Source of the DNA: Planctomycetia bacterium
GTDB taxonomy: Bacteria > Planctomycetota > Planctomycetia > Pirellulales > UBA1268
Assembly: GCA_037129475.1 (NCBI GenBank)
Contig: JBAXUY010000003.1
Coordinates: 8,398 to 72,397 of the forward strand
Length of the DNA stretch: 64,000 bases
Direction of reading: 5' to 3'
Under the pieces are notes generated by a model. It worked only from the letters and a program-made list of their open reading frames with translations, did not search any database and had not been told where the DNA came from. The position numbers and the translations under genes were made by a program. Shown in pieces: positions 22,301-30,540 of this stretch. Numbering within the stretch: the first letter of the stretch is position 1; each line of letters begins with the position of its first letter.

Positions 22301-23728
22301 GCCTGGCGTGATCCGTCGATGACCCCGGCGCTGCAGAAGCTCGCCGCCGGCGAGAAGGCTGGCGGCGAGCAGCAACGGCAGGCGATCCTCGCGCTCGCCG
22401 CCCTCGCCACACCGGAGGCGAAAGCCACGATCGAATCGCTGTGTGATGCGAGTCGCCCCGAGCCGGTGCGGCTGTTCGCGATTGCAGCGCTCGCCAAGCT
22501 CGACACGGCCGCGGCCGCAGCCAGGGCCGCCGAGGTGCTCGCCGCAACTCCGTCGGCGGCGCCCGCTGCGGAGGTGAAGTTGCCGACGGAGATGCTCGAC
22601 GCCCTGCTCGACCGGCGCGACGGGCCGGCCAGGCTCGCGGCGGCGCTCACGGCCCGGCCGCCATCGGCCGACGTAGCGAAGATGGTGTTGCGGCACATGT
22701 ATGCCACCGGCCGCACCGAGCCGGCCGTCGCCGAGGCGCTCACCACGGCCGCGGGCATCGCGGCCAACCAGGCCCCGCCGACGCAGGAAGAGATCGTGAA
22801 GCTCGCGGCCGACGTGATGGCCAAGGGGGATCCGGCCCGTGGCGAGGCGATCTTCCGCAGGGCCGAGATCGCCTGCATGAAGTGTCATGCAATCGCGAAA
22901 GCCGGTGGCAACATCGGCCCCGAGTTGTCGGCGGTGGGCTCGATCTCGCCGCCGGAGTACATCGTGGCGTCGATTCTGAATCCCGACGCCTCGATCAAGG
23001 AGGCATACGTCACCCGCAATGTCATCACCGACTCCGGAGACGTCCACACCGGCATCCTGGTGGACCGCGACGAATTGCGCGTCAGGCTCCGCGACGCGAC
23101 GGGGAAGACGATCACGATCCCGACGGCCGACATCGAGGAGGAGGTCGAGGGAAAATCACTGATGCCGAAGGGGCTGACGACGTTCCTCACCGCACAGGAG
23201 TTTCTGGATCTGGCCCGATTCGTGTCGGAGCTCGGCAAGCCCGGGCCCTACGCGATCCGCTCGGTACCGACGATCCAACGGTGGAAGGTGCTCGAGAATC
23301 CGCCGGGTGATCTCGCGAGGGCTGCGGCGGACGCACTGCCGAGCGACGAGCAGGTGCAGAAGCAGATCGTGACGGGTCCGGGACTGCGATGGAAATCGGC
23401 GTACGGCAAGACGGCCGGCGGCCTGCCGCTCGACGAACTGGTTCCAGCGGGAGGGTCTGCCGCCCAGACCGTCTGGATCTCGGGCGAGATCACGGTCGAT
23501 CGGCCGGGGCCAATAGACCTCCGGATTCGGGCCCCCGCGGAAACCGCAGCCTGGATCGGCGGCACGCGAGTCGATCTGGCGAATGCCTCTGCGGTGCCAT
23601 GTGCGAAGGGCGGCAACCGGCTCGTCCTGCGCGTGCCGGTGACGCCTGGCACCGGGCAGGAGGTGCTCGTCGAGGTGCGGAAAACGAAGGATTCCCCCGG
23701 CCGCGTCGACGTGGCCGGCGGACCGTGA
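19310..23728 (+). CDS. PVC-type heme-binding CxxCH protein: SGNH-hydrolase-like N-domain + membrane-bound-dehydrogenase-like beta-propeller + HEAT repeats + cytochrome c domain
   Basis: Signal peptide MLRYAVSRAIRLTRRIAALLAVLMPNVAAAEP. VIVGNTLAERMQYFG...AMFGFNESF (SGNH-like). Pirellula/Verrucomicrobium-type dehydrogenase region (FPNLANPVQMAFDARGRLWIA...DGDGKAD). HEAT-like repeats. EIACMKCHAIAKAGGNIGPELS heme motif. Confidence 0.8.
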   Translation: MLRYAVSRAIRLTRRIAALLAVLMPNVAAAEPARLELRPHDHVVIVGNTLAERMQYFGNFETLLHARFPKHELYVRDLGWSADELTIRLRSQGFADHGSNLVDHAPDVLIAMFGFNESFAGPAGVAKFEKDLAAFVKDPFSIDRYTSPGGNWDKAAGGSALSVAKKPVRQVVLVSPTAHENLKNPHLPDGADTNKSLALYTEAMRKVAAREGTVFIDLFTPSLAAMQRSPTPWTINGIHMNAHGDAEMAKLLDAGLFGPAAATATVDMGKLLAAVNEKNLQFFYDHRGVNGCYIYGGRKNPYGTVNFPAEFKKLRAMTAVRDRRVWDVAQGKDVPERIDDSGTGEIPPVETNVKSLPPATTPAESQAMLEIQAGYEVNVFASEVEFPNLANPVQMAFDARGRLWIATMPCYPQYFPGTPVDDKILIYEDTDGDGKADRETVFAGGLHLPTGLEIADGGCYVAQEPNLVFLKDTDGDDKADVREIVLDGFDSADSHHAIGAFASDPAGGLLMMEGTFHQTAVETIRGPKRCSNAGIFRFDRKRAQFDVFVSYGFANPWGQTFDRWGQYFVADASGGANYFGTAFSGDVDYPHKHGSLKQFLQKQWRPTSGCEFVSSRQFPDDAQGNYLLNNCIGFQGVLQYKMREDGSGYAADPVDPLLKSNDPNFRPVDLEFGADGCLYVVDWYNPLVGHMQHSLRDPNRDHAHGRIWRVKAKDRPLVVSPKIAGEPVAKVLDALKAYEDRTRYRARAELRARPAAEVIPALEKWLASIDPKDPDFQHHLVEALWVYQAQDVVNEPLLDRLLASPEPKARAAATRVLSFWRDRADNVCGRLRRLVADEHPLVRLEGVRALSFFRDQEAINIAIESLVMPQDDYLSYVFRETMQTLSRRVPAVTAGGASGSARPLVTLLEGGRLPANRVGDAVGMLLQRGGPEELGWLFAEFLEPKKLADGQRSAIGAGLVEAAIERGIKPAGSLDALKPLLVGPDRGLQIPAIKLAAAWRDPSMTPALQKLAAGEKAGGEQQRQAILALAALATPEAKATIESLCDASRPEPVRLFAIAALAKLDTAAAAARAAEVLAATPSAAPAAEVKLPTEMLDALLDRRDGPARLAAALTARPPSADVAKMVLRHMYATGRTEPAVAEALTTAAGIAANQAPPTQEEIVKLAADVMAKGDPARGEAIFRRAEIACMKCHAIAKAGGNIGPELSAVGSISPPEYIVASILNPDASIKEAYVTRNVITDSGDVHTGILVDRDELRVRLRDATGKTITIPTADIEEEVEGKSLMPKGLTTFLTAQEFLDLARFVSELGKPGPYAIRSVPTIQRWKVLENPPGDLARAAADALPSDEQVQKQIVTGPGLRWKSAYGKTAGGLPLDELVPAGGSAAQTVWISGEITVDRPGPIDLRIRAPAETAAWIGGTRVDLANASAVPCAKGGNRLVLRVPVTPGTGQEVLVEVRKTKDSPGRVDVAGGP

Positions 23729-23755
23729 CGGCGGTTCCCGTTCCGAAGGCCCCCC

Positions 23756-24211
23756 ATGATCCTCGACTCGCTTACACTCTGGCATCGCTATGCTCCGCTG
23801 CACGCGCGGCTTGCGCACGCGTTTGCGTTTCTCGAGCAGGTGAGGCCGGACATCGCCATCGGCCGTCATGAGATCGCAGGTGACGACGTGTTCGCGCTCG
23901 TACAGCGCTACCAGACACGGCCCGTCGAGGGCATGCAGCTCGAGGCGCATCGCCGCTACATCGACGTGCAATATCTCGTCACTGGCCGGGAGGCGATCTA
24001 CTGGGCGCCGCTGCGCGATCTCGCACAGGCGACCCAGGAATACGATCCCGTCAAGGATGCCGGGCTGTATGCCCTGTCGGTCGCGGCCGTGCCCGTGCCG
24101 TTGCGGGCGGGACAATTCATGATGCTCTTCCCCGACGACGCCCATGCGCCGTGCTGCTGCATCGACGCCCCATCCGAGGTCGTCAAGGTGGTCGTCAAAG
24201 TCGCGGTGTAG
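23756..24211 (+). CDS. YhcH/YjgK/YiaL (DUF386) family protein
   Basis: 151 aa. ...HRRYIDVQYLVTGRE...MLFPDDAHAP... is characteristic of the family. Confidence 0.72.
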   Translation: MILDSLTLWHRYAPLHARLAHAFAFLEQVRPDIAIGRHEIAGDDVFALVQRYQTRPVEGMQLEAHRRYIDVQYLVTGREAIYWAPLRDLAQATQEYDPVKDAGLYALSVAAVPVPLRAGQFMMLFPDDAHAPCCCIDAPSEVVKVVVKVAV

Positions 24212-24214
24212 CGG

Positions 24215-25687
24215 CTACACCCGCGGCAGCTCGTAGCCCTTGCGATACTCGCGGGTGAACCGCGCGTTGGCCTCGGGGTCGCTCGACCGCTCGGTGGCGG
24301 CGTCGATCACGAGCTCACGGCCGAGCACGTAGGGCGTGTCTGCCACGTCCACGGCGTTGTCGCGAAGATGCGCTTCGAACGCGGCGTACGTCTCGGCCAC
24401 GCGCGGCTCGTCGGCGGCCATCTTCGGGCGGGCACCGAGAGCGGCCTTCTCGCCGAGGGCCCACGACACGTTGCCCAAGTGGGCCATCGCACTCGAAAGA
24501 TGGCCGTCCTCGATATCGAGGTGCAGCTGCGAGCGGTCGCGGCTTCGGACAGCCTCGAGGAAGTTGTCGTAGTGCAGCTGGTCGGTGCCTCCCGACCACT
24601 CCCCGAGTTTCTTGCCGTCGTAGTCGAAAGCGACGCCGCTGTTGTAGCTCGGTGTCACCACGTAGCCGTCCGTTCCCCACCAGATGTTGGCCACCGCGAC
24701 GGGGCCCGCCTGGCGGGCGATCGTGGGCTCGGTCTTGAGTTCCAAGCCCCGGACTTCAGAGATGACGAGCGCGTCGTCCCACTGGAAGAGCGTGATCTGG
24801 CTGTTTGCCGTGTCGCCGTTGTCGTGGTACCCGAGCCGGCCGCCGAGGCTCACGACCCGCCCGGGGAGCGTCTGCTTGCCGAGGCCCCAGCGAGCCTTGT
24901 CGAGTTCGTGGGGATTTTGGTTGCCAAGGTCGCCATTGCCCGTCTGGCGATTCCAGTGCCAATCGTAGTGCAACCGTTCGCGATGGGGCACCACGGCCGG
25001 CGCGGGCCCCGCCCAGAGGTCGAAGTCGAGCCCGGCCGGAAGCGGGGCCGGGGTATCGACGAGGCCGATGCTCTTGCGCCGCTTGTAGCACAGGGCGTGG
25101 GCGAGCGCGACTTTGCCGATGCCTCCGGAGTGGATGAATTCGATCGCCTGCCGCATGCCGGTCATGCTGCGGCTTTGCGCGCCCATTTGGCAGATCCGGC
25201 CAAGTTTGCGGGCCCACTGTGTGGCAACGCGGCCCTCCTCGACGTTGTGGCTGCACGGCTTCTCCACATACACGTCTTTTCCGGCCTGCATCGCCCAGAT
25301 CGCCATGAGCGCGTGCCAGTGGTTGGGCGTGGCGATGGAGATCACGTCGATCGATTTGTCCTCGAGCAGCCGGCGAAAATCCTGCTCGAAGCGTGGCTTC
25401 TCGGGCCGCTGCTCGAGTCGCTTGGCCACGCGACCCTCGGCTTCGGGGTCGCAATCGCAGATCGCGGCGAGTTCGGCCCCCGGATTGCCGAGCCAGCCGC
25501 CGATGTGGCTGAAGCCTCGGCCGGCCGGGCCGACGCCCACGACGGCCACGCGAATCCGATCGTTCGGACCCGCGGCTCGTCCTGCGGCGGGTGCGGATTC
25601 GGCAGTGAAAGCGAGCCGATCGCCGGCCGTGGCGGCGGCTGCGAGGCCGAGGGCGCGTTCAACGAACGTACGACGGGTCAGCGACAT
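24215..25687 (-). CDS. Gfo/Idh/MocA family oxidoreductase with twin-arginine signal
   Basis: MSLTRRTFVERALGLAAAATAG (Tat motif), IRVAVVGVGPAGRG Rossmann, EKPCSHN motif. GGAGGAGG lies upstream of the ATG at 25687. Confidence 0.85.
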   Translation of the reverse strand: MSLTRRTFVERALGLAAAATAGDRLAFTAESAPAAGRAAGPNDRIRVAVVGVGPAGRGFSHIGGWLGNPGAELAAICDCDPEAEGRVAKRLEQRPEKPRFEQDFRRLLEDKSIDVISIATPNHWHALMAIWAMQAGKDVYVEKPCSHNVEEGRVATQWARKLGRICQMGAQSRSMTGMRQAIEFIHSGGIGKVALAHALCYKRRKSIGLVDTPAPLPAGLDFDLWAGPAPAVVPHRERLHYDWHWNRQTGNGDLGNQNPHELDKARWGLGKQTLPGRVVSLGGRLGYHDNGDTANSQITLFQWDDALVISEVRGLELKTEPTIARQAGPVAVANIWWGTDGYVVTPSYNSGVAFDYDGKKLGEWSGGTDQLHYDNFLEAVRSRDRSQLHLDIEDGHLSSAMAHLGNVSWALGEKAALGARPKMAADEPRVAETYAAFEAHLRDNAVDVADTPYVLGRELVIDAATERSSDPEANARFTREYRKGYELPRV

Positions 25688-25790
25688 CGAAACCTCCTCC
25701 TCAGCCACGTGGGCGAACCGCTCACACGGTACGGGTTTTCCCGACGCAGTATAGTACGGCCGGGCTTTCTCTCTCTACGGAGCGCGTTCG

Positions 25791-26807
25791 ATGGACGGAA
25801 CAACCGGGCAACGCTGGATAACCGGGTTCGTTTGTACGGCGTGGCTCGCGGTGGCGCCTCTCGAGGCGGCAGAGCCGTATGAAGTGAGCAGGACCGCCAC
25901 CGGCGGGGCTGTTGTTCGGCTCCACGGCGAACCGATCGCCGAGTACATCGTCGACCGGGCCAACAAGCCGTTCCTCTATCGCATCGTCGGGCCCACCGGG
26001 AAGTCGATGACTCGCGCCTTCCCGATGGATGACAAGCCCGGGGAAACCTCCGATCACGTGCACCAGCGGGGGCTGACCTTCGCCCACCAGGGAGTCGCCG
26101 GCTACGACACGTGGGCCGAGGCCGCCACCTATGGCTACGGCGACACCCCGAAGACGGCGGAAAAGATCACGAAACTCGGCGCCATCCGGCATCGCGGCTT
26201 TCGCACGCTCGCCGGCGGCACGACGGCGGTCATCCACGCCCACAATGACATCGTCGATGCCGCGAACAAGCCGCTCCTGGCGGAGGACCGACGGATGACG
26301 TTCTCGTCGGCTCCTGACGCCAGGATCATCGACGTCGACATCGATCTGGTCGCCGCCTACGGTTTGGCCGAGATGGCCGACATGAAGGACGCGGGCGTCT
26401 ACATCCGCGTGCCCGACAGCATGACGGTCGACCGGCGCGAGGGGGGCACGATCATCAACAGCGCCGGGCAACGCGACGCCGATGCCTGGTCGCGGCACGC
26501 CGCATGGGTCGACTACCACGGGCCGGTCGAAGGAGAGCACCTCGGGATCGCGATCCTCAACCATCCGTCGAGCTTCCGGCATCCGACGGCATGGCACGTG
26601 CGCACCTACGGCCTCTTCTGCGCCAATCCGTTCGGCATGCAGCAGATGAACCCGGACGCGGAGAGCGGCGCCGTGAAGCTCGCAGCCGGCGAGCGCATCA
26701 GCCTCCGGCACCGGTTCATCTTCCACGTGGGCGATGAACAGCAAGGCGACATCGCCCGGGCCTACGAAGCCTACGCCGCCACGCCGCCAGCCCCGCTCGC
26801 CCCCTGA
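25791..26807 (+). CDS. PmoA-family / DUF6807 domain protein (secreted)
   Basis: KPFLYRIVGPTGKSMTRAFPM...DHVHQRGLTFAH...HPSSFRHPTAWHVRTYGLFCANPFG is the pattern of the DUF6807 family, which commonly accompanies Gfo/Idh/MocA enzymes in PVC bacteria. Confidence 0.68.
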   Translation: MDGTTGQRWITGFVCTAWLAVAPLEAAEPYEVSRTATGGAVVRLHGEPIAEYIVDRANKPFLYRIVGPTGKSMTRAFPMDDKPGETSDHVHQRGLTFAHQGVAGYDTWAEAATYGYGDTPKTAEKITKLGAIRHRGFRTLAGGTTAVIHAHNDIVDAANKPLLAEDRRMTFSSAPDARIIDVDIDLVAAYGLAEMADMKDAGVYIRVPDSMTVDRREGGTIINSAGQRDADAWSRHAAWVDYHGPVEGEHLGIAILNHPSSFRHPTAWHVRTYGLFCANPFGMQQMNPDAESGAVKLAAGERISLRHRFIFHVGDEQQGDIARAYEAYAATPPAPLAP

Positions 26808-26821
26808 CACGAACGTCGACC

Positions 26822-27631
26822 ATGCGCTACGCCATCTGCAACGAAACCTTTCAAGACTGGCCGCTGACGAAGGCTTGCGATTTTGCAGCGGCCTGCGGCT
26901 ATCAGGGGCTCGAAGTCGCCCCGTTCACGCTCGGCAGCCGCGCCACGGACGTGAGCCAGGCGCAGCGGGCCGAGGTGCGCCGCACGATCGACGAGGCGGG
27001 CCTCGAGTGCGTGGGGCTCCACTGGCTGCTCGCCAAGACCGAAGGGTTTCACGTCACGCATCCCGACGCAGACGTGCGCCGACGCACGGTCGACTATCTT
27101 GCGGACCTCGCCCAGCTGTGCCGGGATCTCGGCGGCCGGGTGCTGGTGTTCGGATCGCCGCATCAGCGGAGCCTTCTTCCCGGCGTGACGCCGGAGCAGG
27201 CGGTCGAGCGGCTGCACGAGGTTTTTAGCCGGCTCGTGCCGACTCTGGAGGCGACCGACACCGTGGTGGCCCTCGAGCCGCTCGCCCCCACGGAGACGAA
27301 CGTGCTGAATACGGCCGCGGAAACGTGCAGCCTGATCGACAGGATCGGCTCCCCGCACGTGCGGCTCCTCCTCGACGTGAAGGCGATGTCGAGCGAGGCC
27401 GATTCAATCCCCGAGATCATCGCGGCGAGTGCCAGGCACCTCGTGCACTTCCATGCGAACGACGCCAACCTCCAGGGCCCGGGGTTCGGGGCCGTCGACT
27501 TCGCCCCGATTTTCGCAGCCCTTCACCGCATCGGGTACGCCGGCTGGACGAGCGTCGAGGTGTTCGACTATGCACCTGGTGTCGAGCGGCTCGTGAAGGA
27601 GAGCATCGACTACATGCGGTCAGTGGCCTGA
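26822..27631 (+). CDS. Sugar phosphate isomerase/epimerase (xylose-isomerase-like TIM barrel)
   Basis: MRYAICNETFQDWPL...GYQGLEVAPFTL...LEPLAPTETNVLNT...HFHANDAN is typical of the AP_endonuc_2 fold. Confidence 0.8.
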   Translation: MRYAICNETFQDWPLTKACDFAAACGYQGLEVAPFTLGSRATDVSQAQRAEVRRTIDEAGLECVGLHWLLAKTEGFHVTHPDADVRRRTVDYLADLAQLCRDLGGRVLVFGSPHQRSLLPGVTPEQAVERLHEVFSRLVPTLEATDTVVALEPLAPTETNVLNTAAETCSLIDRIGSPHVRLLLDVKAMSSEADSIPEIIAASARHLVHFHANDANLQGPGFGAVDFAPIFAALHRIGYAGWTSVEVFDYAPGVERLVKESIDYMRSVA

Positions 27632-27643
27632 CATCACCACTCG

Positions 27644-28461
27644 ACGAAATCAGTGCCTGGCACTGAATCTGGGCAAGCTGCGCGGTCTCGCTAGGAGGCA
27701 TGGTTTCGTCGTCTTCCTGGCTGCCGCATTGTGGACTCGAGCCCCAGGCTTGTCGCAGTAACGCCTGTCCAGAAGTCGTCACCGTACGGACTTCCTCGTT
27801 TACTGCAGCGCCGCAGTGAGTCAACCTCCGCGGCCGTCTGTGGAGCGTTGACCCATGCGATCCAGGCGGCAGGGTCTTTCTCTCGCGAGTTTGGTGCTGG
27901 CCAAGAAGAAATGGGCAGGCACATAGCCGACACCCGCTGGCCCAGACTCGACCACGGCCAACTTTCGGCACAGCTGACGAGATTCGCGCGGAGAGGGTTC
28001 CGTTCGACATAGCGAACCACCGTGAGAAAGTGGTGGTCCGTCTGAATCGGAAACGCTCTGAATCTTCCCTGGTAGAGTGGCCCGAGGCCTACCTCGTCGT
28101 GCCGCCGTTTCCATCGCAAGGCATGCAGACTCGTGAGGTGGTGCACGAACGACGACACCTCGCCGTCGTGCTCCGGCCACAAAACCATATGCCAATGGTT
28201 TGGCATGAGGCAGAAACTGCAAATCCGCATCGGCCGTGTTCGCAGCGTTTCTAGCACGTCAAAACTGAATGCCTCGTAGTCGCGGTCGCTCGGGAACAGA
28301 GTCCGCCGGTTCACGCCGCGATTGAGCACGTGAAACGCCATGCCACCTGGGAGATACCGCCGAGGCCGAGACATATACAGATGTATATTATGTGAACCGT
28401 CGTGATGCAAGCCCCAGCCCGACCTGCCCATCTTCCCTAGATTCGGTGCCAGGCACCGTTT
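27644..28461 (-). mobile_element. ~0.8-kb single-gene HUH/Y1 transposase element with ~23-nt hairpin-bearing inverted ends, flanked by a 10-bp direct repeat
   Basis: Left end AAATCAGTGCCTGGCACTGAATCT (27647-27670); right end AGATTCGGTGCCAGGCACCGTTT (28439-28461), the reverse complement with about 3 differences. TCACCACTCG occurs at 27634-27643 and 28462-28471. Confidence 0.65.
27691..28374 (-). CDS. REP-associated tyrosine transposase (RAYT) / IS200-like Y1 HUH transposase
   Basis: MSRPRRYLPGGMAFHVLNRGVNRR..., HUH motif in LMPNHWHMVLWP, catalytic Tyr region VVRYVERNPLRANLV. Start at the internal Met (28374) of ORF 27691..28431. Confidence 0.8.
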   Translation of the reverse strand: MSRPRRYLPGGMAFHVLNRGVNRRTLFPSDRDYEAFSFDVLETLRTRPMRICSFCLMPNHWHMVLWPEHDGEVSSFVHHLTSLHALRWKRRHDEVGLGPLYQGRFRAFPIQTDHHFLTVVRYVERNPLRANLVSCAESWPWSSLGQRVSAMCLPISSWPAPNSREKDPAAWIAWVNAPQTAAEVDSLRRCSKRGSPYGDDFWTGVTATSLGLESTMRQPGRRRNHAS

Positions 28462-29610
28462 TCACCACTCGGCGAAGCTGCCGTCGGCATGCCGCCAGAC
28501 GGGGTTGCGCCAGCGGTGGCCCACGGCGGCTCGATCGCGCACATAGGCTTCGTTGACCTCGATGCCGAGGCCAGGACCGCTCGGGATCTTCACGTAGCCG
28601 TCGGCATAGTCGAAGACCGCCGGGTTCGTCACGTAATCGAGCAGGTCGTTGCCCTGGTTGTAGTGGATGCCGAGGCTCTGCTCCTGGATGAACGCGTTGT
28701 AGCAGCCGGCGTCGAGCTGCAGATTCACGGCCAGTGCGATCGGCCCGAGCGGGCAGTGGAGGGCCAGGGCCACGTCGTAGGCCTCGGCCATGTGGGCGAT
28801 CTTCCGGGTCTCGGTGATGCCGCCCGCATGCGACGGGTCGGGCTGGATGATGTCCACGAAGCCCGCCTCGAGAATCTTCTTGAAGTCCCACCGCGAGCAG
28901 AGCCGCTCGCCGAGGGCGATCGGGATGCCGGCCAACGGGGCGATCTCCTTCAGGGCCTCGGCATGCTCGCTCAGCACGGGCTCCTCGACGAACATCAGCC
29001 GATAGGGCTCGAGCTCCTTGAAGAGCACCTTCGCCATCGGCTTGTGCACGCGGCCGTGGAAGTCGACGCCGATACCGAAGTGTGGCCCGACCGCCTCGCG
29101 GATCGCCGCCACGTTGGCGAGCACCTTGTCGACCTTGTCGAACGTATCGACGAACTGGAGCTCCTCCGAGGCGTTCATCTTGATCGCCGTGAAGCCGCGG
29201 GCCTGGCGCTCCTTCGCCTGGGCAGCCGTCTCGGCCGGCCGGTCGCCGCCGATCCACGAGTACACGCGAATCCGGTCGCGCACCTTGCCGCCGAGCAGTT
29301 CATACACAGGCACACCGAGGGCCTTGCCCTTGATGTCCCAGAGGGCCTGGTCGATGCCGGCGATGGCGCTCATATGGATCGCGCCGCCGCGATAGAACCC
29401 GCCGCGATAGAGCACCGTCCAGTGATCCTCGATGTGGCGCGGGTCCTTGCCCACGAGATACTCGGAAAGCTCGTCGACCGCCGCGGCCACGGTGTGGGCC
29501 CGCCCCTCGACCACCGGCTCGCCCCAGCCGGAAATGCCTTCGTCGGTCTCCACCTTGAGGAAGCACCAGCGGGGCGGCACGATGAACGTGGTGAGTTTCG
29601 TGATCTTCAT
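28462..29610 (-). CDS. dgoD: D-galactonate dehydratase (enolase superfamily)
   Basis: [57 protein letters not shown]...[37 protein letters not shown] is collinear with E. coli DgoD as I recall it, and 382 aa from the Met at 29610. Confidence 0.85.
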   Translation of the reverse strand: MKITKLTTFIVPPRWCFLKVETDEGISGWGEPVVEGRAHTVAAAVDELSEYLVGKDPRHIEDHWTVLYRGGFYRGGAIHMSAIAGIDQALWDIKGKALGVPVYELLGGKVRDRIRVYSWIGGDRPAETAAQAKERQARGFTAIKMNASEELQFVDTFDKVDKVLANVAAIREAVGPHFGIGVDFHGRVHKPMAKVLFKELEPYRLMFVEEPVLSEHAEALKEIAPLAGIPIALGERLCSRWDFKKILEAGFVDIIQPDPSHAGGITETRKIAHMAEAYDVALALHCPLGPIALAVNLQLDAGCYNAFIQEQSLGIHYNQGNDLLDYVTNPAVFDYADGYVKIPSGPGLGIEVNEAYVRDRAAVGHRWRNPVWRHADGSFAEW

Positions 29611-29793
29611 GGCGTCATCTCCGAGGTCGGAGCAGACACGACCCGCGGCATTCTGGCAACCGGCGGACATCGGCTCCGGCGGCCGGTTGGGGCCAGGACG
29701 CTGGACCGCGACTTTCCACCGCCAGAGCCGTTGAACCTGCCATCGGGCGACCTCGGTCGCCTCGGCGAATCAGAGGCAGCCGCAGGAGAGCGC

Positions 29794-30540
29794 ATGAGAT
29801 TCAAGGTGATCACGAGTGCCGTGGTTGTGATCGGCTGGGTGGCGTGCTCTGCCGGGGCCCAGCCACCCGCGGTCGGATCCCGTCAACCGCAGGGCATCCG
29901 CAAACCCCAGATGGCCGACACGATCCGGGCCAACGTCTACGCCGACAACACGTTTCAGCTTTACATCAATGGCGAACTCGTGGCCGTCGACTCGATCGCC
30001 TTCATCCCGCACAACGTGATCTCGGTCGACATCCTCCCGAGATATCCCATGACCATCGCCGTGCTCGCTCGGGACAATGCCGACCCGCAGACGGGGATGG
30101 AGTACGCCAACACGAACATCGGCGACGGCGGCTTCATCCTCAAGTTTGGCGATGGCACCGTGACCAGCGGGGCATGGAAGGCCAAGTGTTTCTCACGCGG
30201 GCCCGTCGGCGGCGACACGAACAATCCTCGTGTGGAAAACACTCCGCTTCCGGACGACTGGTTCACCGTCGGCTTCGACGACAGCGGCTGGAAGACCGCC
30301 CGCGAGTATTCCGAGCAGGAGATCGACCCCAAGCAGCCCTACTACGACACTGACTTCACCGGGGCGAAGTTCATTTGGACCGACGATGTCAGGCTCGATA
30401 ATACGGTGGTCTTCCGCCACACGGTCGCGCGCCCGCCCGATGGCAGAGAGCGTTCGGACTTCTCGAACCTCAACAACGTCGTGCCGCAGGGGCCGCCGAA
30501 GGGAGGCGGACGGCGGCCCCCCGGAGGCCGGCCGCGATGA
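29794..30540 (+). CDS. Hypothetical secreted beta-sandwich protein (first gene of sulfatase operon)
   Basis: The last 248 aa of track ORF 28489..30540. ATG at 29794 preceded by AGGAGAG. Signal peptide MRFKVITSAVVVIGWVACSAGAQ. Pattern ANVYADNTFQLYINGELV...W..A resembles carbohydrate-binding jelly-roll domains. Stop overlaps the next start (ATGA). Confidence 0.6.
   Translation: MRFKVITSAVVVIGWVACSAGAQPPAVGSRQPQGIRKPQMADTIRANVYADNTFQLYINGELVAVDSIAFIPHNVISVDILPRYPMTIAVLARDNADPQTGMEYANTNIGDGGFILKFGDGTVTSGAWKAKCFSRGPVGGDTNNPRVENTPLPDDWFTVGFDDSGWKTAREYSEQEIDPKQPYYDTDFTGAKFIWTDDVRLDNTVVFRHTVARPPDGRERSDFSNLNNVVPQGPPKGGGRRPPGGRPR

Noticed and set aside
27651-27665. TGGCAC motifs in the RAYT-flanking hairpins (also 28446-28457) as possible sigma-54 -24 boxes.
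   Set aside because: There is no TTGC at the required spacing. The motif is simply part of the GTGCC(T/A)GGCAC palindrome.
28489-29793. The 683-aa ORF 28489..30540 spans the dgoD locus on the + strand.
   Set aside because: The 5' two-thirds is antisense to dgoD and has no motifs. Only the part from the ATG at 29794, which has an RBS and a signal peptide, is credible.
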